DNA of 64,000 nucleotides from Bdellovibrionales bacterium (GCA_016713885.1 JADJOF010000002.1:89723-153722); one strand, 5' to 3'. Positions 27,617 through 37,360 are shown, counted from the first letter of the stretch. Program-made: numbers and translations. Notes: a model not told the origin generated them from the letters alone.

Positions 27617-28507
27617 ATGCTATTGATGCGTATTTTGGGTTCCGCGTTGTCGATCGTCGTCGTTGGAATGGCTGTTGGTGCGTCGCGGGCTGGCGCTGCA
27701 GAAGTCGCGGCCAAGACGGTAATCAAGAAGTCAGTCGTATCACTGGAGGGTTTTGTCGAGACAGGTGGCGAACGCGACCTGACGCAAGATCCGCTTGGCG
27801 ACTGGCTTGAGATGAATGCTGACAAGATGCGTTTATATGTGGACGGTCAGGCAAACTCTGAAAAGCCGAAACAGTTTGTGCCTCCGACGGGTATCAACTC
27901 AACGATGGATCCCGCACTTCAGGTTGCCGCCGTTATTGAAGATCTGGGTTACAATGCTCGTTGTTCTGCTTTTGCAAACGAGAAGGGCTTGGGACGTCTT
28001 GGGCAAGTGGTTGTCAATGAGATGACAAGCGGGCAATTCGAACATGTCGGAAACCTGATTAAGGGATCGGACGATCTTAAGCGAGCCTGTCCTCGCTACG
28101 ACACTCTCAACACCAACGAGAAGGCCCATGTTTACGTCATGCTGCTCGCCTCGATGTCATTTTTCGAGAGTTCGTGCGATCCGACTTCGGGCCTTAAGCG
28201 TCGTGTGCAGGGGCCGAACGGCTCTTTGGGCGGTTTGATCCAGTTGCACCGGGGAAAAGAAGATGTCTACGCACCGAACTGTCCTCGCGGTGCTTCGAAT
28301 AAGCCTGAAACGACTCTGACGTGTGGGCTTTCGATGTTGAACAAACAGCTCGAACGTCAGGACGCCATGTTTAGTCCGCGATCGTATTGGGAAGTTCTGC
28401 GTCCGAAGAAAACGTATGTGAAAACAAAGTCCGGAAAGCGCCGTCAGGTCCAGTTGGCGCGAACCGTGGTCGGTTCACTTCGCGAGTTACCGCTCTGTCA
28501 TAACTGA
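27617..28507 (+). CDS. Secreted protein with an SLT-like (lytic transglycosylase-like) core
   Basis: AAGGAG RBS. Signal peptide LLMRILGSALSIVVVGMAVGASRAGA. MLLASMSFFESSCDP...SLGGLIQL resembles the E-S...GLxQ SLT motifs. Confidence 0.6.
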   Translation: MLLMRILGSALSIVVVGMAVGASRAGAAEVAAKTVIKKSVVSLEGFVETGGERDLTQDPLGDWLEMNADKMRLYVDGQANSEKPKQFVPPTGINSTMDPALQVAAVIEDLGYNARCSAFANEKGLGRLGQVVVNEMTSGQFEHVGNLIKGSDDLKRACPRYDTLNTNEKAHVYVMLLASMSFFESSCDPTSGLKRRVQGPNGSLGGLIQLHRGKEDVYAPNCPRGASNKPETTLTCGLSMLNKQLERQDAMFSPRSYWEVLRPKKTYVKTKSGKRRQVQLARTVVGSLRELPLCHN

Positions 28508-28510
28508 CAG

Positions 28511-29122
28511 TTGATTGGCCTTCCTATTCCTGGTTCACTCTTGAGAGTGAACTTTGATCTCTACGATATTTCATATTTGGCGGAAGGGTCTCCTCGACAG
28601 AGGCGAGCCTTTTTGGCGTTGCAAGAGGCCGCTGTTTTTGCGCGGTTGGCAGCGAATGACGGCTCTGTCGCATTGGTCGGAAGTCTGCCGATTGATATGG
28701 CGCTCGACGACAGTGACATCGACTTGGTGACGTCGATTGATGATCTACGTGCTGCTGCTGCTCGGGATCGCGAGCTCTTTGGCACGTATGAAGGATTTCA
28801 ATCGTCGCGTGGCGTGGGATTGGGCGGGCAGTTTCAGCTCACCCAGTTTAGGCATAGCGGCGAATCGTTTGAGATCTTTACGCAGACGACTCCGATTCCA
28901 AGGCAGAACGCCGTGGTGCACCTGTTGGTTGAGGCGCGCCTTTTGGGCTTGGGAGGATCGGCTTTTCGCGAGCGGGTGATGCGCGCGCGTGAGGCAGGCC
29001 TTAAGACCGAACCGGCATTTGGTGCCTGTCTTGGTCTTGAGGATCCGCTTCGCGAGCTCTTGGCTCTTGAAGATTTAACGGACCAAGAATTAAGAGCCCG
29101 GTTTGCGGAGAAGCTGGCTTGA
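28511..29122 (+). CDS. DUF4269 family (nucleotidyltransferase-fold-like) protein
   Basis: YLAEGSPRQRRAF...LVGSLPIDMALDDSDIDLV...FEIFTQTTPIPRQNAVVHLLVEARLL...GLKTEPAFGACLGLEDPLRELL matches my recollection of the DUF4269 consensus. The start codon is a non-ATG. Confidence 0.65.
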   Translation: MIGLPIPGSLLRVNFDLYDISYLAEGSPRQRRAFLALQEAAVFARLAANDGSVALVGSLPIDMALDDSDIDLVTSIDDLRAAAARDRELFGTYEGFQSSRGVGLGGQFQLTQFRHSGESFEIFTQTTPIPRQNAVVHLLVEARLLGLGGSAFRERVMRAREAGLKTEPAFGACLGLEDPLRELLALEDLTDQELRARFAEKLA

Positions 29123-29655
29123 GTCGATGCCAGCTTTCAGAAACTCGTCGGAGAGCTCTTGTCCTTTGACCATTCGTGCAAGCGAGAGGGCGCCAACCGC
29201 TAGGGCCACCTGTTGTACGGCCTGCGCTCGCGTGTAGCCATTTCGAACAAAGAAGCCGATCCAGCGTTCAAGATACTCACCGATTTTTCTGCGACTGCAG
29301 GAGATCGCCTGGCAAGGTCGGTCGAAAGAGCCACGATGGCGCAGCCCGACGCCGGGTTGTTGCGATGTTTCGCGCTCAAGTAAAGATCGAGGAGGCCGCG
29401 TGCGGGATCAGCCGGTGTTTCGAGTGCCGCGGCCTTCAGACGGCCTGCCGCTTGGCTGAGGGCTATATCGACGACGTCGACGACGAGATTTTCTTTTGAT
29501 TTAAAGTGAGCATAAAAACCGCCAGCGGTGAGGCCAGATTTTTTCATGACCGAATCAATGCCGGTGCCGTCGATTCCCGATTTGCGAAAGAGCTTGAGGG
29601 CGGATTCGAGAATTTTTTCGCGTGTGCGCTGTTTGCGTGCCGAGGGAGCGGTCAT
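29090..29655 (-). pseudogene. TetR/AcrR family regulator, frameshifted in a homopolymer
   Basis: The N-terminal HTH REKILESALKLFRKSGIDGTGIDSVMKKSGLTAGGFYAHFKSKENL is intact. After ...RRSPAVAEK the ORF turns to nonsense, while the adjacent frame reads IGEYLERWIGFFVRNGYTRAQAVQQVALAVGALSLARMVKGQELSDEFLKAG. The break is at the T5 run 29284-29288 (A5 on the coding strand). Length 566 nt is 3n+2. Confidence 0.8.
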
Positions 29656-30341
29656 GGCGCGTGTCCTGTTCCAATCAGGCGGGCGAGCTGTTGATGGACG
29701 ATGGCGCCCATGGCCTCTGTCGCAATGTGGCCAACGTCTCGGATTGCGTGAAACTGACCGTGGTGACCGAGATCGAGAATCGACTGGTGGGCCTTGATCG
29801 CATCCTCGCTAGGGAACACCTCGTCGGCGGTTCCATGCACGGCAGTCACGGTGAGTGGCGGAAGCGCATGATAGTACTCGGGACGATAGCCTGTGCTGAC
29901 GGTAATGAGTTCCTTGGTGTACGCCAGGCGGTTGGCCAGCATGGGGGCGAGAAAGCCTCCTTGCGAAAAGCCGACGATGAGCTTCGGAATTGTGCTGTGA
30001 TCCTCGGGAAAGTGCAGATCGAGAATGGTCTCGATTGCCTGCAGAGCGGTGTCGGGTGGAACGGCCATCTTCTCGGCTTCCATGTCGTAGAAGTACCATG
30101 AATAGGCTTCGCGCCAGCCGATTGTGGTTTTGACAGGAACCGGAAATGGACCGTTGGGGGCAATCCATGCGACGTCGCCGAGTTCTTGCGGCCAGCCGTT
30201 GGGGAAGAGGCGGCGGAAAAAACTCGCTCCATGGTCGGTGTAGCCATGCAGAAAAAATGCGATCGCCTTTGGCGTCGAGGTCGGCCGGTGCATGCGATAG
30301 TGGATGGGGAGATCGGTTTTGATCCATGTGGTTTGCTTCAT
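29652..30341 (-). CDS. Alpha/beta hydrolase (carboxylesterase/phospholipase-like)
   Basis: Start at MKQTTW. FFLHGYTDHG and the nucleophile elbow GFSQGG. HGTADEVF. ATGA overlap with the downstream TetR gene. Confidence 0.8.
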   Translation of the reverse strand: MKQTTWIKTDLPIHYRMHRPTSTPKAIAFFLHGYTDHGASFFRRLFPNGWPQELGDVAWIAPNGPFPVPVKTTIGWREAYSWYFYDMEAEKMAVPPDTALQAIETILDLHFPEDHSTIPKLIVGFSQGGFLAPMLANRLAYTKELITVSTGYRPEYYHALPPLTVTAVHGTADEVFPSEDAIKAHQSILDLGHHGQFHAIRDVGHIATEAMGAIVHQQLARLIGTGHAP

Positions 30342-30365
30342 CGGTCTTGACCTCGCTTCGGGTAA

Positions 30366-30385
30366 AATATTACGGTCGTAATATT
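30366..30385. promoter_or_regulatory. Perfect 9-2-9 palindrome, candidate TetR operator
   Basis: AATATTACG-gt-CGTAATATT lies in the 77-nt divergent intergenic region between the hydrolase-TetR operon (start 30341) and the DinB-like gene (start 30419). Confidence 0.45.
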
Positions 30386-30418
30386 GATGCAATTAAATTA
30401 CTGAAAGGACGTCAATTT

Positions 30419-31020
30419 ATGGGACACGAAACTTCAGATTCTGAGCCGCGATTGGCTCCCCCTGGTGCCGGGATTCCGTTGCCTCATCGTCTTTTTATGA
30501 CCTATGTGGTGCGGCCACTGATTGCGGCGCGTTCCGACTGGCAAGAGAATGCGCAGCTGTTTCGTCGTTGGACGGAGAAAATCGACGCAGAACTTGTCGG
30601 ATTGACCGAAGCACAACTTTGTCGGCGAGTGCTGGTTCCGTCGCAGGTCGGGCTTGAGGACAGTTCGCGTTTCTGGTCAGTGGCGATGGCTCTTGCGCAT
30701 CTGGTGATTGTGGGATCGAAAATCGAAATGCTGATTGGCGAACTTGCTGACGAGAGAGTGCCGCCACAGGCCAAGGTTGAGACCGCCGCGGTCAAGCCTC
30801 TTGGCGAACTGTCAGCGGAGCAAGCGATTCGAGAGTTTCGTGCATGGGCTTATGCCGCCGAGAAAAGAGTTTTAGAGAGAAGTCGCTCGCGAACATCAAG
30901 AGCCTTTTGGTGCATCCTTGGTTTGGACCATTCAATTCGCTCAGTTGGCAGTGGTTGCTTGCGCAGCATCACGGTATCCACCTCAAGCAGATTCGCGAGA
31001 TTAAAAAAGGACTGCGATGA
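30419..31020 (+). pseudogene. DinB/DUF1569-like protein, frameshifted
   Basis: The ORF from ATG 30419 drifts to nonsense after ...AYAAEK. The adjacent frame reads ...SLLVHPWFGPFNSLSWQWLLAQHHGIHLKQIREIKKGLR* and its TGA (31018-31020) forms an ATGA overlap with the next gene. The probable break is near the A4 run 30863-30866. Length 602 nt is 3n+2. Confidence 0.7.
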
Positions 31021-31544
31021 GTTCGGTCGACGCTCCTAAAAAGCGGCAAAAGCCAGGATTCATAAAAAGTCGAATGCTCTATTTTTGGAATTTTTGGCCG
31101 CCATTTATAGGTGCCGGTATATCCATTCGGAAAGTTGAAGGCGGCTGGGGCGAGGGGATTCGGGCGATGGAGATTCGCTTGCGCCTATGGCCCTGGAACT
31201 CGAACTATGTTGGAACTCAATTCGGAGGTTCACTGTTTGCGATGACAGATCCATTTTTGATGGTGATGTTGATGCGTCGACTGGGACGAGACTATGTTGT
31301 TTGGGATAAGGCGGCCAGTATTCGCTACCTGCGTCCTGGGCGTACCGATTGCTTTGCGGGTTTTGAAGTTTCAGAAGAGTTAGTTTCGGCTCTTCGGACT
31401 CGAGCCGAGCGTGAAGGAAAATTTGATTGGACGACAAAAGTTGACGTTCGCGATTCTGAAGGGCGTGTGGTCGCAGAGGTCGACAAGGTGATCTATATTG
31501 CGAAGCGGTCTCTTTACGAAAAGAAACCGCTCAGATCAGAGTGA
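31017..31544 (+). CDS. DUF4442/hotdog-fold thioesterase-like protein
   Basis: 175 aa. WPPFIGAGISIRKV...WNSNYVGTQFGGSLFAMTDPFLMVMLMRRLG...VWDKAASIRYLRPG resembles the YiiD C-terminal/DUF4442 family. Confidence 0.6.
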   Translation: MSSVDAPKKRQKPGFIKSRMLYFWNFWPPFIGAGISIRKVEGGWGEGIRAMEIRLRLWPWNSNYVGTQFGGSLFAMTDPFLMVMLMRRLGRDYVVWDKAASIRYLRPGRTDCFAGFEVSEELVSALRTRAEREGKFDWTTKVDVRDSEGRVVAEVDKVIYIAKRSLYEKKPLRSE

Positions 31545-31546
31545 GT

Positions 31547-32007
31547 TCAGTTGCAGAGAGAGTTCGCAACCTCTTTGAGAACTTGGGCTGCAGGTGCTGG
31601 GTTTGAAACCTCAACCCCTGTTGATCCGTCGAACGAGGCGAGAACGATCGACTCCTGGATTCCGGAGGTCGAGGTTCGGAATGCGACAAACGAATACGAT
31701 GTTCCAAGAGCACTGCGCTGAACCGACGAGGTCTTTGCCGAGGCCGCTTCATTGATTCAGTGATGATGCCGGACGAGACCTTTCCGCCGCGTTCGACGCT
31801 GAACTCAAGGCCGTCGATCGAGTTATCGATGGTGACTCCATCCGGAAACACGAGGCACTCGCTTGAGCGTATTTTGCCGTTTGGATTTTTTGATGAAATA
31901 CGCTTGGCGAGAATCGGCAGAGTCGATGGAGTCGCCGTTGCTGTCGTTGTGACTGAGACAGTAAGGACCGAAAAGAGCGCGACTGTCAGTACCCGAGTGG
32001 ATTTCAT
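31547..32007 (-). pseudogene. Small secreted hypothetical protein, apparently frameshifted
   Basis: Signal peptide MKSTRVLTVALFSVLTVSV. After ...SSGIITES the ORF becomes Arg/Pro-rich, while the adjacent frame reads NEAASAKTSSVQRSALGTSYSFVAFRTSTSGIQESIVLASFDGSTGVEVSNPAPAAQVLKEVANSLCN* with the stop at 31547-31549. Length 461 nt is 3n+2. Confidence 0.5.
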
Positions 32008-32080
32008 AAGTTCCCTCCAATGAAAGGCCTAAAGATCAGATCACAATGCACGAAAATTACAGGCTGGAATCAAGCTTGGG

Positions 32081-32818
32081 TCAAAGACATTCGCAGCGGT
32101 CAAAAGAGGCGCAGTGCAGAAGACGGCCGTCGGAGCGGATCTGAATCTCTTCTACACGGCCATCGACTTCGGTCACCGTGCCGGCTGAGCGCAGCTGATT
32201 GAGATTGAAGACAAGAGCAAGGCGTCGAAGGGTGCGAATGCGCTCCCCTTCGCGGTAGGGGGCAAGGGTGGCAGCCGATGGGTTTTTGACGTGGCTTTCT
32301 GGAACTGGCATCGGGATCGGCAGTCCTTCGGCGTCGACACCAAAAAATCGCAGTTGCCACTGGGATTTGTTGTCCTCGCCTTCTTCGATACTGAGAACCA
32401 GACGACGCTCGCTGCCATCAGCAAGACGGTAGTGTTCAATTTCCTCGACTGATTCGCGGGTGCTGGTCGGGCCGAATAAATGTTCAAGACGATTGATGTC
32501 GAGTGCCTGATCGGCGAGTGAGCCGAGAGCATCGGACCGCTTGGGCCAGCACTGTTTAACAGCATCGCTCATCGTCGAAAAACCAGTCGGTAAGTGTGAG
32601 AAGGACTCGTCGTTACCGACCGGAAAATCTTTGGGCAGCGGCTGCGGTGTTGCGGAGGGCGATGAAGATTGCGCGCCGTTTTCGGGAGAGAGTTGAGCGA
32701 GTGTTCCTGAGGCGGCAGGCGCAGGCGACTGCGACCGAGTAAAGTTTAAAAATCCGAGGACAGCAACCAGGCCGATGCCGGTCAGAATCACTTTGGAATA
32801 GGATCGCTTGGCCGCCAT
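32081..32818 (-). CDS. Hypothetical membrane-anchored protein
   Basis: 245-aa ORF with N-terminal TM segment KVILTGIGLVAVLGFLNF. No family recognised. Confidence 0.55.
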   Translation of the reverse strand: MAAKRSYSKVILTGIGLVAVLGFLNFTRSQSPAPAASGTLAQLSPENGAQSSSPSATPQPLPKDFPVGNDESFSHLPTGFSTMSDAVKQCWPKRSDALGSLADQALDINRLEHLFGPTSTRESVEEIEHYRLADGSERRLVLSIEEGEDNKSQWQLRFFGVDAEGLPIPMPVPESHVKNPSAATLAPYREGERIRTLRRLALVFNLNQLRSAGTVTEVDGRVEEIQIRSDGRLLHCASFDRCECL

Positions 32819-32839
32819 ACCCGAGAGACTAGTGAGCCT

Positions 32840-34108
32840 CTAGAAGGTCGGGCAAGTGCTTTGAGCTTTTTCAAGTCCCCAACGCGCGCCGACGGATTGA
32901 TTGGGGTCCGAACTGAGGCGGTCGTCCGCGGCGGCCAGCGCCCAATCGGTCAAGGTGACGGTTTGGCCGGCTGCAATTTCGATCGGACCACAGGCATTGA
33001 GTTCGTCCGAGATCTCCTTGATGTTTGACTCAGAAAGCCAACCAAAAGTCGAGATGGCGCTCATCGCTTCTTTGAGGAGTTCTCGGGCTCGTTTGTCGCG
33101 GGACGGTGTTGAGTATTGATCGTACTCGGACGCCGAAAGGCAGCGACTACCATTTTTGGCTTTGAAGGCGATGGCTTTTTGTACGGCTTCGTTCCGCAGG
33201 CGGATAGAGCCACAAAGGCTTTTTGCGATTCGTCGCACCGAATCTTGCGGGCTCTCGGTTTGTCCGTTCATCGCCAGTCGCTTCGAGATGTCGGTTTTGT
33301 ATTGATCGAGCGTTCGAGCGCCAGTTGTCTGGCCAGACGCAGGATAAGATCCTTCGCCGGTGGTAGTCGACACTCGCACGCCGAGCTCTTTGAATTGTTC
33401 AAGCGAGTAACCGGGCAGCTGACTAAACGGCAGACCGTATTGCTCTGGCGTCAACCATTTGCGTAAGCCCGTTTCGGGGTTCTCTGGGAGGAACCACATA
33501 TTTGCTGTCAAATTCAATGCGCGTACGGCTTTTGGGACTGTGCTTTCTAGTTTCCAAATCGCGCCCGTGGGTTCGACGCGTTTGATGATCTCGGCATGGC
33601 CGGGAAGCTCGGTTCCGGCCGAGCCGCTTAAGATATCAAAGAGCCCGCGATCCATCAGCGTTGGTCGAGCCCAGATTCCTCCGGGGCGCACATATGTACG
33701 GTTCACGATAACCGGGTACGTGTCGCGCCCAATGGTTTTGGTCGACGACAGATCGGCGACGTATTTGAGAAATGAGCGAATCCGTTTTTCTTCGGACTGC
33801 GAGTTGAAGCGAGTCATTTTATTTGTGATGGTTTTGCCGCTTCCCGAGGGATCGATCATGGCGAATGGAAGTTTATTTTCATAGGCAAAAATCGCTCGCG
33901 TGTAGTAGGCGGCGTCGGCACAGTCGTGAGCAAGTCCTGCCCATTTTCCATTCAAATAGAAGTCTTCGTTGACCTCGGATTCGACCCATTGAGCGTAAGT
34001 GTCTTCGGCCTGTTGATTCCAGGTTCCGCTCTCATTCCATACCTGTGCTTCGGCTTGGCCGGCAAAGGCGCCGGTGACTATGAAGGCGATTTTCATCAGG
34101 GCTTTCAT
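32840..34108 (-). CDS. Hypothetical secreted protein
   Basis: AAGGAAG RBS followed by MKALMKIAFIVTGAFAGQAEA (signal peptide). The long upstream extension in the ORF track is unlikely to be real. No family recognised. Confidence 0.65.
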   Translation of the reverse strand: MKALMKIAFIVTGAFAGQAEAQVWNESGTWNQQAEDTYAQWVESEVNEDFYLNGKWAGLAHDCADAAYYTRAIFAYENKLPFAMIDPSGSGKTITNKMTRFNSQSEEKRIRSFLKYVADLSSTKTIGRDTYPVIVNRTYVRPGGIWARPTLMDRGLFDILSGSAGTELPGHAEIIKRVEPTGAIWKLESTVPKAVRALNLTANMWFLPENPETGLRKWLTPEQYGLPFSQLPGYSLEQFKELGVRVSTTTGEGSYPASGQTTGARTLDQYKTDISKRLAMNGQTESPQDSVRRIAKSLCGSIRLRNEAVQKAIAFKAKNGSRCLSASEYDQYSTPSRDKRARELLKEAMSAISTFGWLSESNIKEISDELNACGPIEIAAGQTVTLTDWALAAADDRLSSDPNQSVGARWGLEKAQSTCPTF

Positions 34109-34289
34109 AATGGACTTCCTTTTGCTTTGCTTGCGGCATGATTTGGGCGCTCGTGGCCGTAGAGAGCAAGGGCTGTGCTGGGTGGGGATCTGTTTTTGAC
34201 GAGTTCGAGCGTCCTGCGCCGCAAAAAATTCAACTCTGCTTGTAATCCCTGCATCCTCAGAGTCCAATCGGAGGGGTGGAGGAATCATC

Positions 34290-35024
34290 ATGAAAGTGCA
34301 GAAATCGCGAGTGACTTTTTCAACTGTTGTTTTGCTTGGAGCTGTTGTTGCGGCGGCATTAGTTGGCTGCAAAGCCAATCTGTCGACTGACGAAGGCAAA
34401 GCCAACTACGCTATGGGCCTTGAGATGGGACAGCAGGCGAAGCAATTGGACTTGAAGGTTGACGAGGCGGCGATTATTGCGGGAGTTAAAGACGGCTTGG
34501 AGGGCAAAGAGCCGCAGGTTCCTCGCCAAGAGATCATGGGCGCGATCATGAAGATTCAAGAGGGCGCGATGCAGAAGCTCAAAGCCAAAGGCGATGAGTT
34601 TCTGACAACAAATAAAGCGAAGGCAGGCGTGCAGACGACAGCCTCGGGCCTTCAGTATGAGGTTGTTAAAGAAGGATCCGGCGCACAGCCTGTCGATGGC
34701 GATGAAGTGACGGTGCACTACACAGGTACACTTGTCGATGGAACGAAATTTGACTCATCTGTTGATCGCGGAGAGCCTGCAAAGTTCAACGTCAACCAGG
34801 TTATTCCGGGTTGGACTGAGGCGATGAAACTGATGAAAGTCGGCGCAAAATACAAGCTGACGATTCCATCGGAGCTTGGTTACGGCGCTCGCGGTGCACG
34901 TCCTGCGATTCCACCCAACGCGGTCTTGCAGTTTGATGTTGAGCTTCTGGATGTGAAGAAAGGTGGCACGCCACCTCCGGCGACGCCTGGCGCGAAAGCT
35001 CCGACTGAAAAGAAAAAGAAGTAG
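34290..35024 (+). CDS. FKBP-type peptidyl-prolyl cis-trans isomerase lipoprotein (Mip/FkpA-like)
   Basis: Lipobox AALVGC. VTVHYTGTLVDGTKFDSSVDRGEPAKFNVNQVIPGWTEAMKLMKVGAKYKLTIPSELGYG is the canonical FKBP_C domain. Confidence 0.9.
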   Translation: MKVQKSRVTFSTVVLLGAVVAAALVGCKANLSTDEGKANYAMGLEMGQQAKQLDLKVDEAAIIAGVKDGLEGKEPQVPRQEIMGAIMKIQEGAMQKLKAKGDEFLTTNKAKAGVQTTASGLQYEVVKEGSGAQPVDGDEVTVHYTGTLVDGTKFDSSVDRGEPAKFNVNQVIPGWTEAMKLMKVGAKYKLTIPSELGYGARGARPAIPPNAVLQFDVELLDVKKGGTPPPATPGAKAPTEKKKK

Positions 35025-35069
35025 GCTAAGCCCGTCTCGGCAGACTGTCTCATCTTTAGACAGGTGTTG

Positions 35070-35106
35070 AACCCCCGTTGTCCCTTGGGCACGGGGGTTT
35101 TGCTTT
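35070..35106 (+). terminator. Rho-independent terminator
   Basis: AACCCCCGT-(12 nt)-ACGGGGGTT followed by TTTGCTTTT. Confidence 0.75.
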
Positions 35107-35219
35107 TGGGCTTCAGTAGGGTTCTAGGGAGCAATAGGCTCGTTTATACGGGAACTCGCCGGCCTCAGGCTTGCCTTGTTTGTGTAGCGTAAGGTTGCAC
35201 CCTCTGGAGGAGGCCTAAG

Positions 35220-35591
35220 ATGAAAAAGCCGAAGAGAATGCCGGTGATGACCGTTTTGATGCTCGGTCTGGTCTTTGTCTTGGGTGGATGTTCTACGCCG
35301 ACTCCCCCTGAGTACGCCGAAGGGACGCTGTACAGCGAGGCAATGAACTCTTATTCGCTTTGCCAGAGCCGAATGTATCCGGTTGATGGTGGAACATCCT
35401 GCGACTTGAGAAGTCCTTCGCAAATGCAGCCAAGCTACGGCGAGTATTCGCGCGCCAATCAGGGCTGGCAGTACAACTATTATTCGAAACCCGATAGCGA
35501 AGAGTCTCTTGAGCAGTACTTTGATACGCTCTCGGCAGACGAGGTCGAGCGTTTGAATCAAGAGTGGAATTCACTCGCTGAGCAACACTAA
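35220..35591 (+). CDS. Hypothetical lipoprotein
   Basis: MKKPKRMPVMTVLMLGLVFVLGGC is a signal peptide with a lipobox. 123 aa. Confidence 0.6.
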   Translation: MKKPKRMPVMTVLMLGLVFVLGGCSTPTPPEYAEGTLYSEAMNSYSLCQSRMYPVDGGTSCDLRSPSQMQPSYGEYSRANQGWQYNYYSKPDSEESLEQYFDTLSADEVERLNQEWNSLAEQH

Positions 35592-35602
35592 TCAGCGCAT
35601 TT

Positions 35603-36244
35603 TTAAAAGGCGTGGATACTGAGCCGGTGGTCTTTCGACGTTCGGTTGGTGTCGTAGATATTGGTCACAAAGTTGATGCGATCGGTATCGCCGTGGTTGA
35701 TGACGCGATGAACGCGATTCACCTTAATCAAGTATGCAGAACCGTCCGCTGGAAGAGGTTCGCTGATGATTCCATCTTTGGTTTCAATCTCAAAAAGACA
35801 GCCGGAGTTGGTGATAATGGGCACATGCAGCCGCACGGCATAGGCGTCGTCTGCGCCATCGCGATGCCACGACGAGGCCTTGCCGGCTTTGAGAATGATG
35901 ATGCGGGCGCGGCGTGGGTTGAGGCCTTTTTCTGAAATTTGCCGAACAAGATCGGCCATCGGGCCAGTGTGAATTTCGGTCGGCCGATTAAAGAGCATTG
36001 TTGAACTCAGGCCGGCGGCTTTTGCGGCCTTGAGCAGCTCCTCGCGTGTCATGCCCGGGGTTTGATAGAGTTTGTGGCCGAGGTGCCAGCCGTCCTTGTA
36101 GTCGCCATTCGAAGACAGGACGCTCCAACCGCCGAAGGCATCCGATTGAAAAACAGCGGGCAGTGGCTGCACGGTCTTAAGAAAGTGGTCGCGCAGGGCC
36201 TCGATGTCGATGGCGAGTGGAATTTTCTCGTAGATCAGGCTCAT
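35603..36244 (-). CDS. Aspartyl/asparaginyl beta-hydroxylase-like (cupin, 2OG-oxygenase-type) protein
   Basis: SSWHRDGADDAYAVRLHVPIITNSGCLFEI...VNRVHRVINHG shows the H-x-D...H pattern in an Asp/Asn beta-hydroxylase-like context. Confidence 0.65.
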   Translation of the reverse strand: MSLIYEKIPLAIDIEALRDHFLKTVQPLPAVFQSDAFGGWSVLSSNGDYKDGWHLGHKLYQTPGMTREELLKAAKAAGLSSTMLFNRPTEIHTGPMADLVRQISEKGLNPRRARIIILKAGKASSWHRDGADDAYAVRLHVPIITNSGCLFEIETKDGIISEPLPADGSAYLIKVNRVHRVINHGDTDRINFVTNIYDTNRTSKDHRLSIHAF

Positions 36245-36310
36245 TGGTCTTAAACGCTAAAACGAAGACTTGGCGCTGACTAGCAGAAAGAGCGATGATG
36301 GCGAGAGCAG

Positions 36311-37360
36311 GTGGTTAGGATGGGGTATTTTGAGTCACGAGACTGGAGGTTTTTGTCGTTCAACGTTGAGAATCTCTTCCTCTATCTTGATCACGGTCTA
36401 ACGCAGGATCCAAAGACGTTGACCAAAGAGCAGTGGCGGCGGATGTCGTCGGCGCTTGTTGAAAACAAACCCTTGCAGCAAGTGCTTGAAATCGCTCGCG
36501 CCATTGAAGACACGAACCCTGACTTTGTGATGCTTTGTGAGGTCGGTGGGCGCGAGAGCTTGGCGAACTTCTCGCACTATTTTTTGGAAGATCGCTATGT
36601 GCCGCATCTTTTGGAGGGAAACTCAGATCGTGGGATCGACCTCGGATTTTTGGTTAAGCGCGGCCTGCCGTTTAAGTACGACATGGTTTCGCATCGCAAT
36701 CGTCCACTTGAATTTCAGTATCCCCACGAGAAGCAGTCGCACGAGACGGGCTATCGGGCGTCGCGCAATCATCGTTTTTCGCGCGACGTGGTGGAGCTTC
36801 GCGTTTTCGAAAATGAGCTGCCAGTTTTAGTTCTTATCAATGTGCATTTGAAGTCTCCGCTCGATAAGGATCGCATTGATCCCGGTGGCCGCGATCGCAG
36901 ACGGGCGGAATGCGAAATGCTTGCGCAAATCTATAGAGAGGCCAGACATGAAACGGCTGATGCCGCAGGTCGAGTGGTGCCGTTCATCGTCGGCGGTGAT
37001 TTTAACGGCGTGGCCTATGGGGCGGCGGTTGATCCTGAGTTTGAATCGCTTGCGACGACAGATCTTCGCTGCGCGCTCGATGTCGCGGCGGTGCCGGAGG
37101 ACGATCGATTCACCTGGTGTTATTTTTATGGCAACCGGCCGGGGATGTTTCGGCAGATTGACTATATTTTTGTTTCACCGGAGCTTGTTTCGCGAGTCGA
37201 TTCACATATGACGTGGGTGTATCGATACAAGGACGAACTTGGTGTCAATCGGCTGGCTCCACGCAATGCGAACGAGAAACGTGTTTTGCCGAGCGATCAC
37301 TTTCCGGTGGTGGTGACCTTGACCCAAGTACCGCAAGTCTCGAAACCAAGCTTGGAGTAA
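36311..37360 (+). CDS. Endonuclease/exonuclease/phosphatase (EEP) family protein
   Basis: FLSFNVENLF..., VMLCEVGG, INVHLKS, VGGDFN, and the terminal PSDHFPVVVTL are EEP catalytic motifs. Confidence 0.8.
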   Translation: MVRMGYFESRDWRFLSFNVENLFLYLDHGLTQDPKTLTKEQWRRMSSALVENKPLQQVLEIARAIEDTNPDFVMLCEVGGRESLANFSHYFLEDRYVPHLLEGNSDRGIDLGFLVKRGLPFKYDMVSHRNRPLEFQYPHEKQSHETGYRASRNHRFSRDVVELRVFENELPVLVLINVHLKSPLDKDRIDPGGRDRRRAECEMLAQIYREARHETADAAGRVVPFIVGGDFNGVAYGAAVDPEFESLATTDLRCALDVAAVPEDDRFTWCYFYGNRPGMFRQIDYIFVSPELVSRVDSHMTWVYRYKDELGVNRLAPRNANEKRVLPSDHFPVVVTLTQVPQVSKPSLE

